Below are positions 1-12,729 of a stretch of DNA of 64,000 bases, piece by piece. A model generated the notes under the pieces. It saw only the letters and a list, made by a program, of their open reading frames with translations, did no database searches and was not told the DNA's origin. Positions within the stretch are counted from its first letter, which is position 1; each line of letters begins with the position of its first letter. A program made the position numbers and the translations under genes. Source of the stretch: Octopus vulgaris (lineage: Eukaryota); contig OX597826.1 in the NCBI GenBank assembly GCA_951406725.2, forward strand, positions 41,168,001 to 41,232,000. The letters run 5' to 3'.

Positions 1-430
1 TTTTGGAATTAAGATAGCTCGCTCACAGATCTAATTTGTATTGTTGTAATTATGAAAAAGATTAGGAAAGATTTCATCCACCAAATCATCAATGGAATCA
101 TATTGGATTGAGTGTAAGAAACTGTTCTTCATCAATTGGAAGTCTCCCTTCACTGAGTTTCAAAAGCTGCTCTGCAAATAGTTCAACTGATTGATGTCTT
201 GAAAGCCTTGATCTCATATTAATTGAAGTAGAAAAAAGATCAACTTCATACATTAACTTTTGTTTGTTTATTATGACAATAATAAGTGAGCTGTATGTGT
301 TATATTTATGAATACAGTAATGGTAATTATATGAACAGTCCATTTAAATAGGTAATTTACTCATTCTTGAAGAACTTCATGCTTGAAATCTTCGGCAAGA
401 TCATTTCTGAACTTATTCCACGTTTACCTA
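1..430 (-). mobile_element. Degenerate Helitron RepHel coding remnant (PIF1-helicase region)
   Basis: The minus strand reads ...STSINMRSRLSRHQSVELFAEQLLKLSEGRLPID..., resembling the Helitron helicase segment LxxNMR...FAxxLLxIGxG. An upstream piece reads WNKFRNDLAEDFKHE. Stops and an apparent internal deletion are present. Confidence 0.65.
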
Positions 431-649
431 CTTCTTAATTTTTGAGAATAATAGCAAAAATACATCTTAAACAGCAAACTAATTAACTGCTATAAATTCT
501 ATATTGGTGATAATTAAGAGTGGGGGGTTGTATATGTTTATGTGTGACAAAGACACAGTTTGTATCTTTACCTCTTGGTTATCAATTTAAGACCTTGATA
601 GATATTGAAAGTTTGAAAAAGTGACAGAAATAACGTCCATAATAATATT

Positions 650-850
650 AGTTTCTAATTTTGGTACAAGGTCAGTGATTATATGAGGAGGGTGTTAGTT
701 AATTCTAGTATTTGACTGTTGTTTTATTTTATTGACCTCCAGAGGAATGAATGACCTCTGTGAGATTTGAACTCAGAATGTAAAGAGTGGAAGCAAAATA
801 CTACAAGCACTTTTTCCAAAAGCATTTCTGCTAATCAAACAACTCACTGC
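650..850 (-). mobile_element. SINE family C copy, degenerate
   Basis: Reverse complement of the AAGGYGGYGAGCTGGCAGAA...TTCTGAGTTCAAATT family seen at 1023 and 2079. Confidence 0.6.
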
Positions 851-865
851 CATTATCATTATTAT

Positions 866-941
<76 letters not shown>

Positions 942-1022
942 GCTGCTGCTGTTGTTGTTGTTATTGTTATTATTGTTGTTGTTATTATTATTATTGTTGT
1001 TGTTATTGTTATTATTATTATT
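851..1022. repeat. Compound trinucleotide microsatellite (CAT)n/(TAT)n/(TGT)n
   Basis: Directly visible. It explains the poly-H/Y/C and poly-N/D ORFs. Confidence 0.97.
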
Positions 1023-1240
1023 AAGGTGGTGAGCTGACAGAATTGTTAGCAGGCTGGGCAAAATGCTTAGCATGTCATCTGTCTCTATGTTCTGAGTTCA
1101 AATTCCACCAAGGTCGACTTTGCTTTTCATCCTTTCAGGGTTGATAAAATAAATACCAGTCGAGCAATGGAGTCGACGTAATTTACTAGTTCCCTACCCC
1201 AAAAATTTCAGGCCTTGTACCTATAATAGAAAGGATTATT
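1023..1240 (+). mobile_element. SINE family C, tRNA-like head. Further copies near 7622, 11670(-), 30121, 40012(-), 48191, 58134
   Basis: AAGGTGGTGAGCTGACAGAATTGTTAGC...GTTCTGAGTTCAAATTCC (B-box-like)...(ATT)n tail, repeated many times in the window. Confidence 0.8.
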
Positions 1241-1319
1241 ATTATTATAATTATAATGATTTTTTTTTCTACTATAGGCACAAAGCCTGAAATTTTGGGG
1301 GAAGGTGCTAGTTGATTAC

Positions 1320-1868
1320 ATCAACCTCAGTATGTGACAACATCAATATTTATACAGTGCAGAGAGATCACACCACTTGCAACAGCTGACTATGAAATGA
1401 TGAAAGACTATAATAATAATAAGTGATGCTGTAATTTTCTTCAAGCTAAAACACTGCAAATGAAAAAGTAGAAAAATATCTCAAAATACATTGATTAAAG
1501 AGTAGAAATATCAATGTCCAGCAGTAAAAGTGAAAGTTATACCAGTTATCATTAGAGCATGAGATTTAATCCCCAAAAAACTATCATATTGTCTAGACTG
1601 GTTGCACGATGAAAGAAATGTGAGTGTTCCAAAATCTGCCTTTCTTGGAATGTGTTATATTCTTAGAAAGGTACTTTTGCTTTAAGGCCTTTTGTTAAAG
1701 CTTGACTGTTAACATGAAGAAGAAAAACCCAACAAAATGCAGTATTTTATATCCATTCTCTTTGATGGAATAATAATAATAAAAGTAGTTTCTTTACCAT
1801 TAAACATTGACAAAAGCATTGGGAATAAATCCAACAAGGCTGATATTGTTATCAATCATCATGAAGGA

Positions 1869-1904
<36 letters not shown>

Positions 1905-2380
1905 TATGTTATTACCTTCCTGAAGAAACATTTCTATTCAAAGAGAAACTGGAGATGGAAATCAGCAGGATGTGGAATATGAAAAGTGAAATAATACCAC
2001 TGGTCATTGGAGCACCGGAACTCACATAGAAGGGAATGTGAAAGTTCATCAACCATATCCTGGACAACATCGGTATTTAGGCGGCGAGCTGGCAGAAACG
2101 TTAGCACGCCGGGCGAAATGCTTAGCAACATTTCATCTGTCCTTATGTTCTGAGTTCAAATTCCACCAAGGTCGACTTTGCTTCTCATCTTTTCGGGGTC
2201 AATAAAATAAGTACCAGTTACACACTGGGGTCGATGTAATCGACTTAATACCTATGTCTGTCCTTGTTTGTCCCCTCTATGTTTAGCCCCTTGTGGGTAG
2301 TAAAGAAATAGGTATTTAGGCAGTCCAGAAAGATCACACTACTTGGAACAACTGACAAAGTGTTGCCAATCAAGTGATAT
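1320..2380 (+). mobile_element. Two degenerate 3' fragments of R4/Dong-like (restriction-like endonuclease) non-LTR retrotransposons
   Basis: Remnant motifs VIPVIIRA, KADIVINH and IIPLVIGAPELT...VQKITLLGTT parallel the better-preserved copy at 59348-59844. Confidence 0.55.
2079..2310 (+). mobile_element. SINE family C, young copy with TSD, inserted in an R4/Dong remnant
   Basis: Flanked by GGTATTT at 2072-2078 and 2311-2317. CpGs are retained. Confidence 0.85.
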
Positions 2381-2792
2381 CTTCTCTATAGTACCACTGG
2401 CCCATAGTTTGGACCTGGTCCTATAAAATATATTACACAAAATAAAAAAGAAACAGTAGTAATAACAAGGGTTTCTTATTTAAGCACGATTTAATAGGGA
2501 AGGATGAACTCAGAATGTAAAGAGCTGTAATTAAATGCTGCTAAGCATAGTTTCCAATACTCTAATAATTATGCGAAATAATAATGAAGGCTGTGATGAT
2601 GTGAAAGTGAAGATTGTGATGATAATATTTTCATTGGCGTTGAAAATGAGAGTAATGGTGATAATGATTATAATGAAGGCTGCAATAATGGAATTAATGA
2701 TAATTTTGATGATGATCATGATAATGTTTTATTATTTCCTTCTTTTAATCCCTTACAATAGGTCCATATATTACATCTGCTGACCCAAAGTG

Positions 2793-2868
2793 ATGGAAGT
2801 ACAAACTACACAGTTTAAAAGATCAATCCTCGTCGATGGAGTCATTGACTTCACTGCTGGGACGGCAG
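2793..2868 (+). CDS. SLC25A15: Mitochondrial ornithine/citrulline carrier (SLC25A15/ORNT1-like), coding exon 1
   Basis: ATG at 2793 gives MEVQTTQFKRSILVDGVIDFTAGTAG, then the donor GTAAG at 2869 (phase 1). An acceptor AG at 2760-2761 implies an upstream 5'UTR exon. IDFTAG matches the ORNT1 N-terminal IDLTAG motif. Confidence 0.9.
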
Positions 2869-3068
2869 GTAAGATTAAAGACGCCTTCATTCCTCAATTG
2901 CATCTCAGTGGTGCTTGCTTGTTTATTATTTCTTTTTTGTACCTTTAAGGTATGATGTGGTACGAGGATTTACCTCCTCCTGAGCTCTTAGTTTGTATAC
3001 CTTTACTCTTTTTTGTCAGCTGAACTGCCATTACACATCCAATAGATCATACTCAGCCCATTCTTATA

Positions 3069-3136
<68 letters not shown>

Positions 3137-3141
<5 letters not shown>

Positions 3142-4276
3142 TATTATAAAAGGCAGATTTTATCTGCCTCCCTTTGGGAGTTATACAAATCTACAATATA
3201 GGATTTCTTCAATTACAATTTACCTGGCAATTTTAAGAGTACAATGCATCGCGTCATGCCAGGTCCAGTTTTTAAAATTTAAACTCCAATTAAGCAAAAT
3301 TTACAGAAAACTCACATTCTGGTGTGTGTGTCAAATGCTTTTCTTAGTCTGGTTTACACCACACGCAAACGCACACACACACAAAGGGAGCGAATTGTTT
3401 CACTGACGCTATCACCCTTCTCCACCTTTGTCTTTGCAAGTTGGCAGCTATTAAAGTGAAAACAGTGAATCCGACAGCGATAAAGAAAACGAATTGGTAC
3501 CTGAATGGAGTGAAAATTTAAAAACTGTTTCTTTCGGTGAGTTTTCTCAAGAAACTGGACCAAGCCACAGACTTTCCCAGAAGAGTAAAGCCTTAGACTA
3601 TTTCTATTTACTTTTTCGAATGAGCCTATTTGAAATCATTACGCTAAACGTAAACAAACCGAAAGAAAGGATAGTTTGTTATTTCCCACAATCTTAAATG
3701 AAATTAAGGCCTATTTTGCCATAAATATTATTATGGGTATCAGAAAGTTACCCAGAATAACAAATTCTATCGTAAAATGTTGTTGTATACCCAATTGAAT
3801 ATTAGCTAATAACCCATTTTCTATAGCGATGTTTGAACAAAATTTTAATAATTTTACAGAAAGTTACTCAGAATAACAAATTCTATCGTAAAATTTTGTT
3901 GTATACCCAATTGAATATTAGCTAATAACCCATTTTCTATAGCGATGTTTGAACAAAATTTTAATAATTTTACAGAAAGTTACCCAGAATAACAAACGAG
4001 CCCTTCTGGGTATTAGCGCGCGTCTACGATGAGTCTACGATTTAAAAAAAAATTACCATCATATTTTTCCATTTTAATGCATTTTTTTCGCTTTTATATA
4101 AGGGAAGTAACTCTCTAAAAATATCTACGATGTGTCAACGATTTAAAGAAAAATTTACCTTAATTTTTTTTCAATTTTTAATGCATTTTTTTGCTACTTT
4201 TTGGCTATAACTCTCTAAAAATGCTTATATAGTTATTTCCCTTACAAACCCGAGCAACGCCGGGCGATACTGCTAG
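3137..4276 (+). mobile_element. Non-autonomous Helitron
   Basis: 5' TC follows an A and 3' CTAG precedes a T, within a (TA)n tract and with no TSD. Subterminal hairpin CCCGAGCAACGCCGGG lies about 10 nt from the end. Confidence 0.88.
3741..3996. repeat. 116-bp tandem repeat (about 2.2 copies) inside the Helitron
   Basis: The unit CAGAAAGTTACCCAGAATAACAAA... starts at 3741, 3857 and 3973. Confidence 0.95.
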
Positions 4277-5400
4277 TATACATATATATATATATATATA
4301 TATGTTATAATTTAGAACAAACAATAAAAGGTTGTCTTTATAGTACTCAGAGTTTCGAATGCTGGAGCAAAGAGCTACAATGCATTCTCATTGACTATTA
4401 ATAGCGACAGACACTATGAAAAAAAAAAACATTGAATAAAAGGGAAGTTACTCTAATAGGTATAAAACAAAAAAAAAGAAAAAAGATAAAAAATACACGC
4501 AACCTTATTCTCACAATACATAGACATAAACCTCCTGCATTCATGTCTACATATGTACACATTCACACAAACATATATATGAACATACACACACACACGT
4601 GTGTATGTGTATATATATATATATGAGCTCAATCCCTATACTGAACTGTACAAAGTGATGATGCATCATAAACAACTTTGAATAAGTTCTTCACCCCTCA
4701 AGCTAATGTTTATGATAATGAACTATCAGATTTTTAAATATTGTCCCTCATCCTCCTAGAAACGCTCATTCCACCACCACCCCTCACAATAGTCAACGTC
4801 TGTGGTAAGAATGTACTCTTATGATATTATGATTCTTATTTGGAAAAATTTTAGATTAGTAATGTTTCCTGCATTTTCTATATGGAGACAGGAAGAGCAT
4901 CTGTCCATAAATATTCTACTGCAACAAATTCTGTCTTACCCATGCAAGCATAGGAAAGTGGATGTTAAGTAAGGTTGATGATATGTGTGCATTGGGGTGC
5001 ATGTGTGTATTTATGTACGTACGCAAGTGTGTAAAAATTAGAGACGCATTGCCCGAACCAGAAACTCAAGGAGTTACTTAAAGATATTGTAAGCTCTTCT
5101 CTTTATAACGACTAAAGCCATTGCAATGTTGGAAACCCTTTTGTATCGTTAGTAAGTATCTCTGGATCTCAAGCAGTTGTCTACCTGAATAGAGCAGCTA
5201 GAGCTTACCTAGAACTGACCTAGCTATCCAGCCATCTATCTATCTCTTTCCATTTATCTATCTACCAGTCTATGTGTCTGTCCATCCGTCTCTATCCATC
5301 CATCCATCCATCCACCCACCACCCACCTGTCTGTGCATTTATTTATTTATATATGTATTTATCTATTTACCAATCTACCTTTTCTTTTCTATACTTCCAG

Positions 5401-5788
5401 GTGGGATTGCCAATGTTTACATCGGTCAGCCACTAGACACAGTCAAAGTGAAGATGCAGACGTTTCCAACTATGTACAGAAATGGTCTCCACTGTTTCAC
5501 CGACACTTTCAAAAAGGATGGCATTGTTAGGGGCCTCTATGCTGGTACCGGGCCTTCCCTTGTGGCAAATATTTCGGAAAATGCTATTCTCTTCTTGTTC
5601 TATGGATTTTGCCAGAAGGCAATTGCTCTTGTTACAAAACATAAGAAGGTGGAAGATTTATCACCTATTCACAATGCATTTGCTGGAAGTGGTGCTGCCT
5701 TTTTCTGTGCATTTGCACTTTGTCCTACAGAACTTGTCAAATGTCGCCTGCAGGCCATGCGTGAAATGAAAGGGGGTGCCAGAACAGT
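5401..5788 (+). CDS. SLC25A15: SLC25A15-like coding exon 2
   Basis: Acceptor ttccag. Encodes GIANVYIGQPLDTVKVKMQ...ANISENAILF...CPTELVKCRLQ, with two Px[DE]xxKx[RK] carrier signatures. Donor GTATGT at 5789 (phase 2). Confidence 0.95.
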
Positions 5789-6479
5789 GTATGTCCATTG
5801 TCAATACTTGAAATTTTCTTATTCGGTCTTTTTTTTAACATTTTTCTCTTTTTATTGTTTTATTTTCTTGCTGTTTAACCTCAGACCATGATCAGAGATT
5901 CATGATCAAAGGTGTTCCAGCTTAAATCATATCTTCTTTTCTTACGTCAAGGATTATATTGTTCAGTGTGTCTTTTTCTTATTTTCTTATGCCCTTCTTA
6001 TTTCCAAGCAATGTAATAATACCCCAGTCTATCAAATAACAAACAGTCCAGACATGGTTATGTGGAGAACTGGAAACAAATAGCACCATATGTGTAGCCC
6101 TTTTGTTACCTTTTGTTTACAGTCAGCATACAGTTGGACAAGGGAGAATATGAACTTAGACGAATACACATACATACATATATTCATATACATGCATACA
6201 CACACATCGTCATCATCATCATCATCATCCTTTAACGTCCGTTTTCCATGCTGCCATGGTTTGGACAGTTTGACCAGAGCTGGCAAGCTGGAGAACTGCA
6301 CCAGATTTCAGTCTGATTTGGTTTGCCCTTCTTAATACCAACCCCTTTACAATGTGTGCTGGGTGTTTTCAACATGCCATCACCACAAGTGTTTTTACAT
6401 GCCATCAGTGCTTTTTACATGGCACCAGTACAGGACTCTTACAGACCAATCCTCATCACCAGGGAATACTTAACACTTC

Positions 6480-6770
6480 CGCTGTGGAAGATGGATCTTC
6501 TTGAGTACGGCAAGTCACCAGGTGTCTCAGTCCTTTGCTAACTCATCCAAAAGATTCAGCATTTTTGAGGTTGTCCTTCAGTACTTTGTCCCTTGTCTTC
6601 CTGAATCTCCCTCTTCCATGAGTTTCATCCACTTTAAGTGAACAGCACTTCTTGATGGAGCTGTTGGCATCTATCTGCATCACATGGCCAAACCAGCTCA
6701 GTCTTCTCTCTTACACACTGCACCAAATTTCTCTTATACCTAAATGCTCTCTCAATATACTAACACTCTG
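6480..6770 (-). mobile_element. RTE-clade LINE 3' remnant
   Basis: The minus strand reads RRLSWFGHVMQIDANSSIKKC...RGRF, typical of the RTE C-terminal region. The (CAT)n-tailed repeat near 6210 is its 3' end. Confidence 0.6.
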
Positions 6771-7113
6771 TGACTGTATTGTAGGGTTGGTGTGAGAGGC
6801 CAGATCTGGCCAATTTGAACACAAAACAAGTAGAAGATTTAGGCTGGATATGGTTGGTTTAAAATAATAAAGGATAATGTAGTCTTAGACGCACTGTATC
6901 TGAACTGAAGGTGGAATGGTCATGGCTGGAATGACTTTGATCATAGGTCTACTCAATCAAGACTTATCTACAGCTAAAAAACCCAACACAATTAAAAATG
7001 TGTAATAGGAATAAAATAGAAATTTCTTTTCAAATGTTTTACAGAAGGACACCTCTGATCAGGTAAATCTATGATTAAAAGGTGATCCAGTCATGACCAT
7101 CTTGTCATTTTAA

Positions 7114-7337
7114 CCCTTTAGCATTTAAACCAGCCATATCCAGCCCAAACATTCCACATGTTCTATGTTCAAATTGGCTAGATCTGGTCTCTTGTACCTA
7201 TCCTACACTGCCATTCCAAAAGTAAACAATCACATCATCAAAATTTCAAAACTGTGAGGTAATGTATGATTAATTCAAAACTGTATGAATAAATAAATAA
7301 GCATTACATTTGATAGAATAATCTGAATGCTAAAGGG
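7114..7337. mobile_element. piggyBac-like MITE
   Basis: TTAA|CCCTTTAGCATT...AATGCTAAAGGG|TTAA: TTAA TSD with CCC/GGG termini. Confidence 0.85.
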
Positions 7338-7836
7338 TTAAGAGGATATAGAACTAAGAGATATAGATTTACTGGAACCACAGTTGGGTTGGATATGAAT
7401 AAGAGATAGATGTACTCACCATGTGTGGCTTGGCTCTTTGTCTGGCGCTGATGTCTTCAGTTAGGGTTAAATTCATTTGCCAAATCATAGTCTCTCCCCT
7501 TAAACTTCTCAATTTCTGGAGGTGACATTTTGTAAATCTACTGAACACATATATACACACACACACACACACACACGTACGCACACACACACACACGCAC
7601 ACACACACACACACACACATTAAGGCAGCGAGCTGCCAGAATCATTATCATGCTGAGCAAAATGCTTAGAAGCATTTCATCTATCTTTATGTTCTGAGTT
7701 CGAATTCTGCCAAGGTTGGCTGCCATTCATCCTTTCAGGATCAATAAAATAAGCACTAGGGTCAATGTAACTGACTTACTCTCTCTCTTGAAATATTTTT
7801 CCTTGTGCCAAAATTTGAACTCTATATATATATATG

Positions 7837-8111
7837 GTGGAGGCGCAATGGCCCAGTGGTTAGGGCAGCGGACTCGCAGTTTCGATTCCCAGACCGGGCG
7901 TTGTGTGTGTTTATTGAGCGAAAAACACCTAAAATAGGTCCACGAGGCTCCAGCAGGGGGTGGTGATCCCTGCTGTACTCTTCCACCACTCTTTCTTCTG
8001 TTGGCCTGCTCACTTAGCCAGCGGGGTGGTGTCGTTCAAAGGCTAAAACAATGCAAACGCATTGTGACCAGCGATGTGTAGCAACATCTGATGGTCTGGT
8101 CGGTCACGTGA
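7837..8111 (+). mobile_element. tRNA-derived SINE family A, short-tail variant (OR2-like)
   Basis: Head GGAGGCGCAATGGCCCAGTGGTTAGGGCAGCGGACTCGC is shared with the 21883 and 31344 copies, but the 3' tail differs. Flanked by (TA)n. Confidence 0.8.
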
Positions 8112-8898
8112 TATATATATGATGGGCTGCTTTATCTCCCATTTACTAATTTCCTTCACAAGGTATTGGTTTAGCTACAGCTATAACAGAGAACACCAGC
8201 CAACAGCATCCATGCAGTTGGGCTGAACCCTTAACCACATGCTGTTGAAGCAAACTTCTTAATCATGCAGCCAACTGCAAATATGTACAACAGGGGTAGC
8301 TGCCAAACATGCTTTAAATTTCACCTCTACCCTGTTGAAAAAGAAGGGATGCATTGTATAATTTATTATTAAATCAAATATAGAGTATCTGGGTGGGTTT
8401 GGATGGAATGCTTTTGATCATAGGTCTGGTCAGTCTAGGTTGACCTGGGGTTAAACAACAGCAACAACAATATTGATGACACAACAACAGAAGTCTTAAC
8501 CTGCTAGAAATAGCAGTAAAATCTTCCACAGAAAGGAAGGACACAGATAATGTACTCAGCGATGTATTAAAAAGATGTGATGAGTCATGGCTTGACCTGG
8601 TCTAAGCAAAAACTGATTAGTATTTCATTGACTTAGTGTTAGGTTTAACTCCATTTATGAGTAGGGCCAGGGAGAGAGAGAAAGGGAGATAGTCTCTATT
8701 GAGCTGACTTCTCTAGGGCAAAAGAAAGAGAGAGAGTCTCTGTTAAGCTGATTTGTCCTGGGACAAATGGGTCTCAATCATTTTTAGCTTTGTGGTCACT
8801 TGCCTGAAGTGGCATTTTACAAACAAACCTCTCTCTTTGTTTTACGAAAACAAGGAAAATCTAGTAAATTATTTTAATCAAGCAAAATAATTAATCAA

Positions 8899-9836
8899 CC
8901 CATTAGCATTTAAATCAGCCATATCTGGCACCATTATTTTTTTTTATGTTCAAACTGGGTAGATGTAGCCTTGCTGAGTACATTATGTGTCCTTCCTTTC
9001 TGTGGGAGATTTTACTGCTATTTCTAGCAGGTTAAGACTTCTGTTGTTGTTGTGTCATCAATATTGTTGTTGCTGTTGTTTAACCTCATTCTGTAGCTGT
9101 GTGGTAAAAAGCTTGCCTCCTAACCACATGGTTCCAAGATCAGTCCCACTGGGTGGCACCTTGGGCAAGTGTCTTCTGCTATGGCCTCAGGTCAACCAAA
9201 GCCTTGTGAATGGATTTGGTAGATAAAAGCTGAAAGAAGCCTGTTGTATATCTATTTACATATATCTGTGTGTTTATTTTTGTGTCTATGTTTGTCCCCT
9301 GTCACGGCTTGACAACTAGTATTGGTATGTTTACATTTCCATAACCTAGCAGTTTGGCAAAAGAGACCAATAGAATAAGTGTCAAGCTTAAAATAAAAAT
9401 AAGTACTAGGGTCGATCCATTAAACTAAAATGAATTCTTAAAAGTGGTGCCCCAGCATGACTGCATTTTTATGACTGAAACAAGTAAAATATGAACCACA
9501 TCAATGAAATCGCCAAGCTACAAGATAATGCATGAATAATTCAAAACGGCATGTAAAAAGCACCAATCTGATCGTGACCATTGCCAGCCTCGCCTGGCAC
9601 CTGTGCTGGTGGCACATAAAAAGCACTCACTACACTCACGGAGTGGTTGGCGTTAGGAAGGGCATCCAGCTGTAGAAACACTGCCAGATCAGACTGGAGC
9701 CTGGTGCAGCCTCCTGGCTTCCCAGACCCCGGGCGAACCGTCCAACCCATGCTAGCATGAAGAACTGACATTAAACGATGATGATGATGAATAAGTAAGC
9801 ATTACATTTGATAGTGTAATCTTTAATGCTAAAGGG
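8899..9836. mobile_element. piggyBac-like MITE interrupted by nested SINEs (families B and D)
   Basis: CCCATTAGCATTTAAA at 8899 and AATGCTAAAGGG|TTAA at 9836. SINE B occupies about 9093-9490 and family D about 9550-9790. Confidence 0.7.
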
Positions 9837-10504
9837 TTAAACAGTGGTTTATTATCCCTATTTAATATGGAAGCAATAAATAATAAATATTATTCATTGA
9901 AAAAATATATTACTTAGATCTAATAGGAGTAAATTGTGGATATTGAACTACGTCGAGTTTCTAATCGGTCATATTTCTTCTCACTGATAACATAGTGTCC
10001 TACTTATCTTCTAATCATGACAAACTTTTTTTTTTTTGTTTTTGAAAATTAGTTTAAAGTGCTAAATATTATATTTTCTTTAAATGTTTTATTTCTAAAT
10101 AAATTCACAAACTGTCTAAGCACTCACCATCCTCCTCCATAGTAGCCCTTTGACGTTTGCTGTCCCATTGTGAGCACATTATGTCCCCAAGGGGACAGAA
10201 CCACTGCTCATGTATGACTTTTCAACTACTGGATGGATCATGGAGTTATTATGCTGTGTTGTAGTTGTCGTCAACATCATCATTGTCTTATGTCTAATTT
10301 TCCATGCTGGCATGGGTTAGAGATTTTCTGAGATAGTGTTTTACACTCAAATGTCCTTTCTCCTTTCTGTTGATGATTGTTTTTAACTACCTCTTACAAC
10401 CTGCAGGTATACTGTATACCTATTTTAAAAACTAGAATACACATGTCAAGAGATCCTATGTTGTGTATCTTCAGATAATGTGTCTATATTTTAGTAGGTA
10501 TCTG

Positions 10505-10924
10505 GGATCTTTCCGGTTTGAACGGCAGTTTTTTCTAGCGGTGTCATATGAAATTGTCACCCATAATTATGACCCTAGTATCGATCTATTGCATTTCAAT
10601 CTGTTTTAGGGTTAGGGTTAGGTGTGGGGGGAAGGGTATCTTTTGTTTCTTCACAAATGTAAATAAACCCAATCTGTTTCTTAAACGAGGGACATATTCA
10701 TACGGCACAGAATGTTTTTTACCACAATGGACGTGATTGATTGGTTGAAATTGCAGAAATTGAAGAAAAAAAAACAACAAATATCTTACAAACTATAGAA
10801 TTTTCTCAATAAAGCCAAGAGAAAAAGATATTTTATAAACACATTCTATCAGTATACGAAGTTTAAAATTTTTTAGTTACCTAGAAATTATGTTTAAAAA
10901 CTGCCGTTCAAACCGAAAAGATCC
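10505..10924. mobile_element. 420-bp MITE with 29-bp TIRs and 8-bp TSD (Merlin-like)
   Basis: TIR GGATCTTTCCGGTTTGAACGGCAGTTTTT has 1 mismatch to the right end. Perfect TSD GGTATCTG at 10497-10504 and 10925-10932. GG termini plus an 8-bp TSD fit Merlin; hAT is not excluded. Confidence 0.85.
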
Positions 10925-12213
10925 GGTATCTGTTTAAAACTGGAAGAGCCGCTATGTAAGGCATAGTACTCAGTAACATAATGTTGAGTGGAAATATTTA
11001 TTCATGACACTGACAGGCCTAATTCTGTTTCTTTTAATTTCAAAATTCATCAGAGTGCAAATCTAATGAATTCACAATTGAAAGAAACATGATTAGTCTT
11101 GTAAAAACCATAAATAAACAAATGTAACGTATCTATAACAATTTTTACCTGCTATAGAATCCTATAGGAAGACAGTCTTTAGTGATGCTCTAATGACTTA
11201 ATCAGCATAATCAGTTCTACCAAAGGGAACCTGTGCAATCACTAGTTAAGCTAGAAATAGCTGCCAAATCTCCCTCAAAAAGGAAGGGCACTTTGGATAA
11301 TGTATTCCTAGATACTCTTTTCATCATTTTGTATCTGTTTCCCCTATTGACATGGATTGGACAGTCCTAACAATCGTTTATATTATTTCTGAAATTAGGT
11401 AAGATGGTCATAGCTGGGAATGTCTTTGATTATAGATCTACCTGCTGGATCAGGGTTGACCTACTGTTAAACAACAGCTACATTCTACGCACATTGGTTT
11501 ACCTCATTGAAAGGAATAAATACCTGATAATCTGGGAATATTAGCTGTGAGAGATTGGTGTCCTATCCAGAAAGAGATCTAACTCTTACCTGATGTTTAA
11601 CATTATTAAACTGAAATAAAATACCCAAGCTCTGACTCATAAGAGCCATTCTGAGGTCTGTGAGAAATATTGGTTTCAAATTTTGGCACAAGACCAGAAA
11701 TTTCAAGGGAGGGAGTTGATTGATTACATCAACCCCAGTACTTAACTGGTACTTATTTTATTGACCCTGAAAGGATGAAAGGCAAAGTTAGCCTCAGCGG
11801 AATTTGAACTCAGAACGTGAAGACGGACAAAGTGCTTCTAAGCATTTTGCCTGGCGAGCTAACACTTCTGACAATTCACTACCTTGAGATCTACTAAAAA
11901 TATTAACATTGTTATCATTACTAATGTTTACACTACATAGACACAATTTTGAGACATGTAAATTTCTTTGCCTCAATCTTCTCTGCCAAACAGACGGAGT
12001 CTTTCAAATTGTTAGAAACAACAATGTGCACCAGGTACATCTTATGGATGAGCTGGGGCCCATAATCCATAATGTAACCTAGGATCATCCAATGTTTGTC
12101 TTTCAACATCAGACACCTTTTTCAGTTAATCCTGGCAGGGGATTAATCAGACCTTTACTTATGTCCTAGCAATAACAATCCATGGATCAGCTCTCTTGTC
12201 CAAAACCACCTGC

Positions 12214-12288
<75 letters not shown>

Positions 12289-12729
12289 ATAGAAATGGTA
12301 AGACAACAAAAGAATGAAAGAGACCTCGATATTATGTAAATAGAGGAATTTATCTGTAATTGTAATATGTGACAATTATTCAGTAGCCATGATAAAACTC
12401 CGAGTTTTGGATGTCGGGGTGGAAATCCACACCACCATTTCTTCAGTTATCCAGCCATCGGAAAAAATGCTATGAAAATGACCGTTATAGAGAGAGAGAG
12501 AGATGTTTGGATGTATGTATGCATGAAAACTTATATTACATATGAGCAGAGGATAGCTTAGCTGGCTGAAACTTCAAAGTCATTGTCAGTACTATTCTTG
12601 TTAAAGAATTATAAATTTGTACTCTACCAAAAGTATTGAGTAATCCTTCAGTTTAGTATAAAGTGGTTTTTATTATAACATTGAAACAAACATTAATATA
12701 TCTATCTATATATATATATGTGTATGTAT

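Noticed and set aside
767-1073. Poly-His/Tyr/Cys and poly-Asn/Asp ORFs
   Set aside because: They are translations of a trinucleotide microsatellite.
5274-5891. 205-aa ORF as a standalone gene
   Set aside because: Only 5401-5788 is exonic; the flanks are intron read-through.
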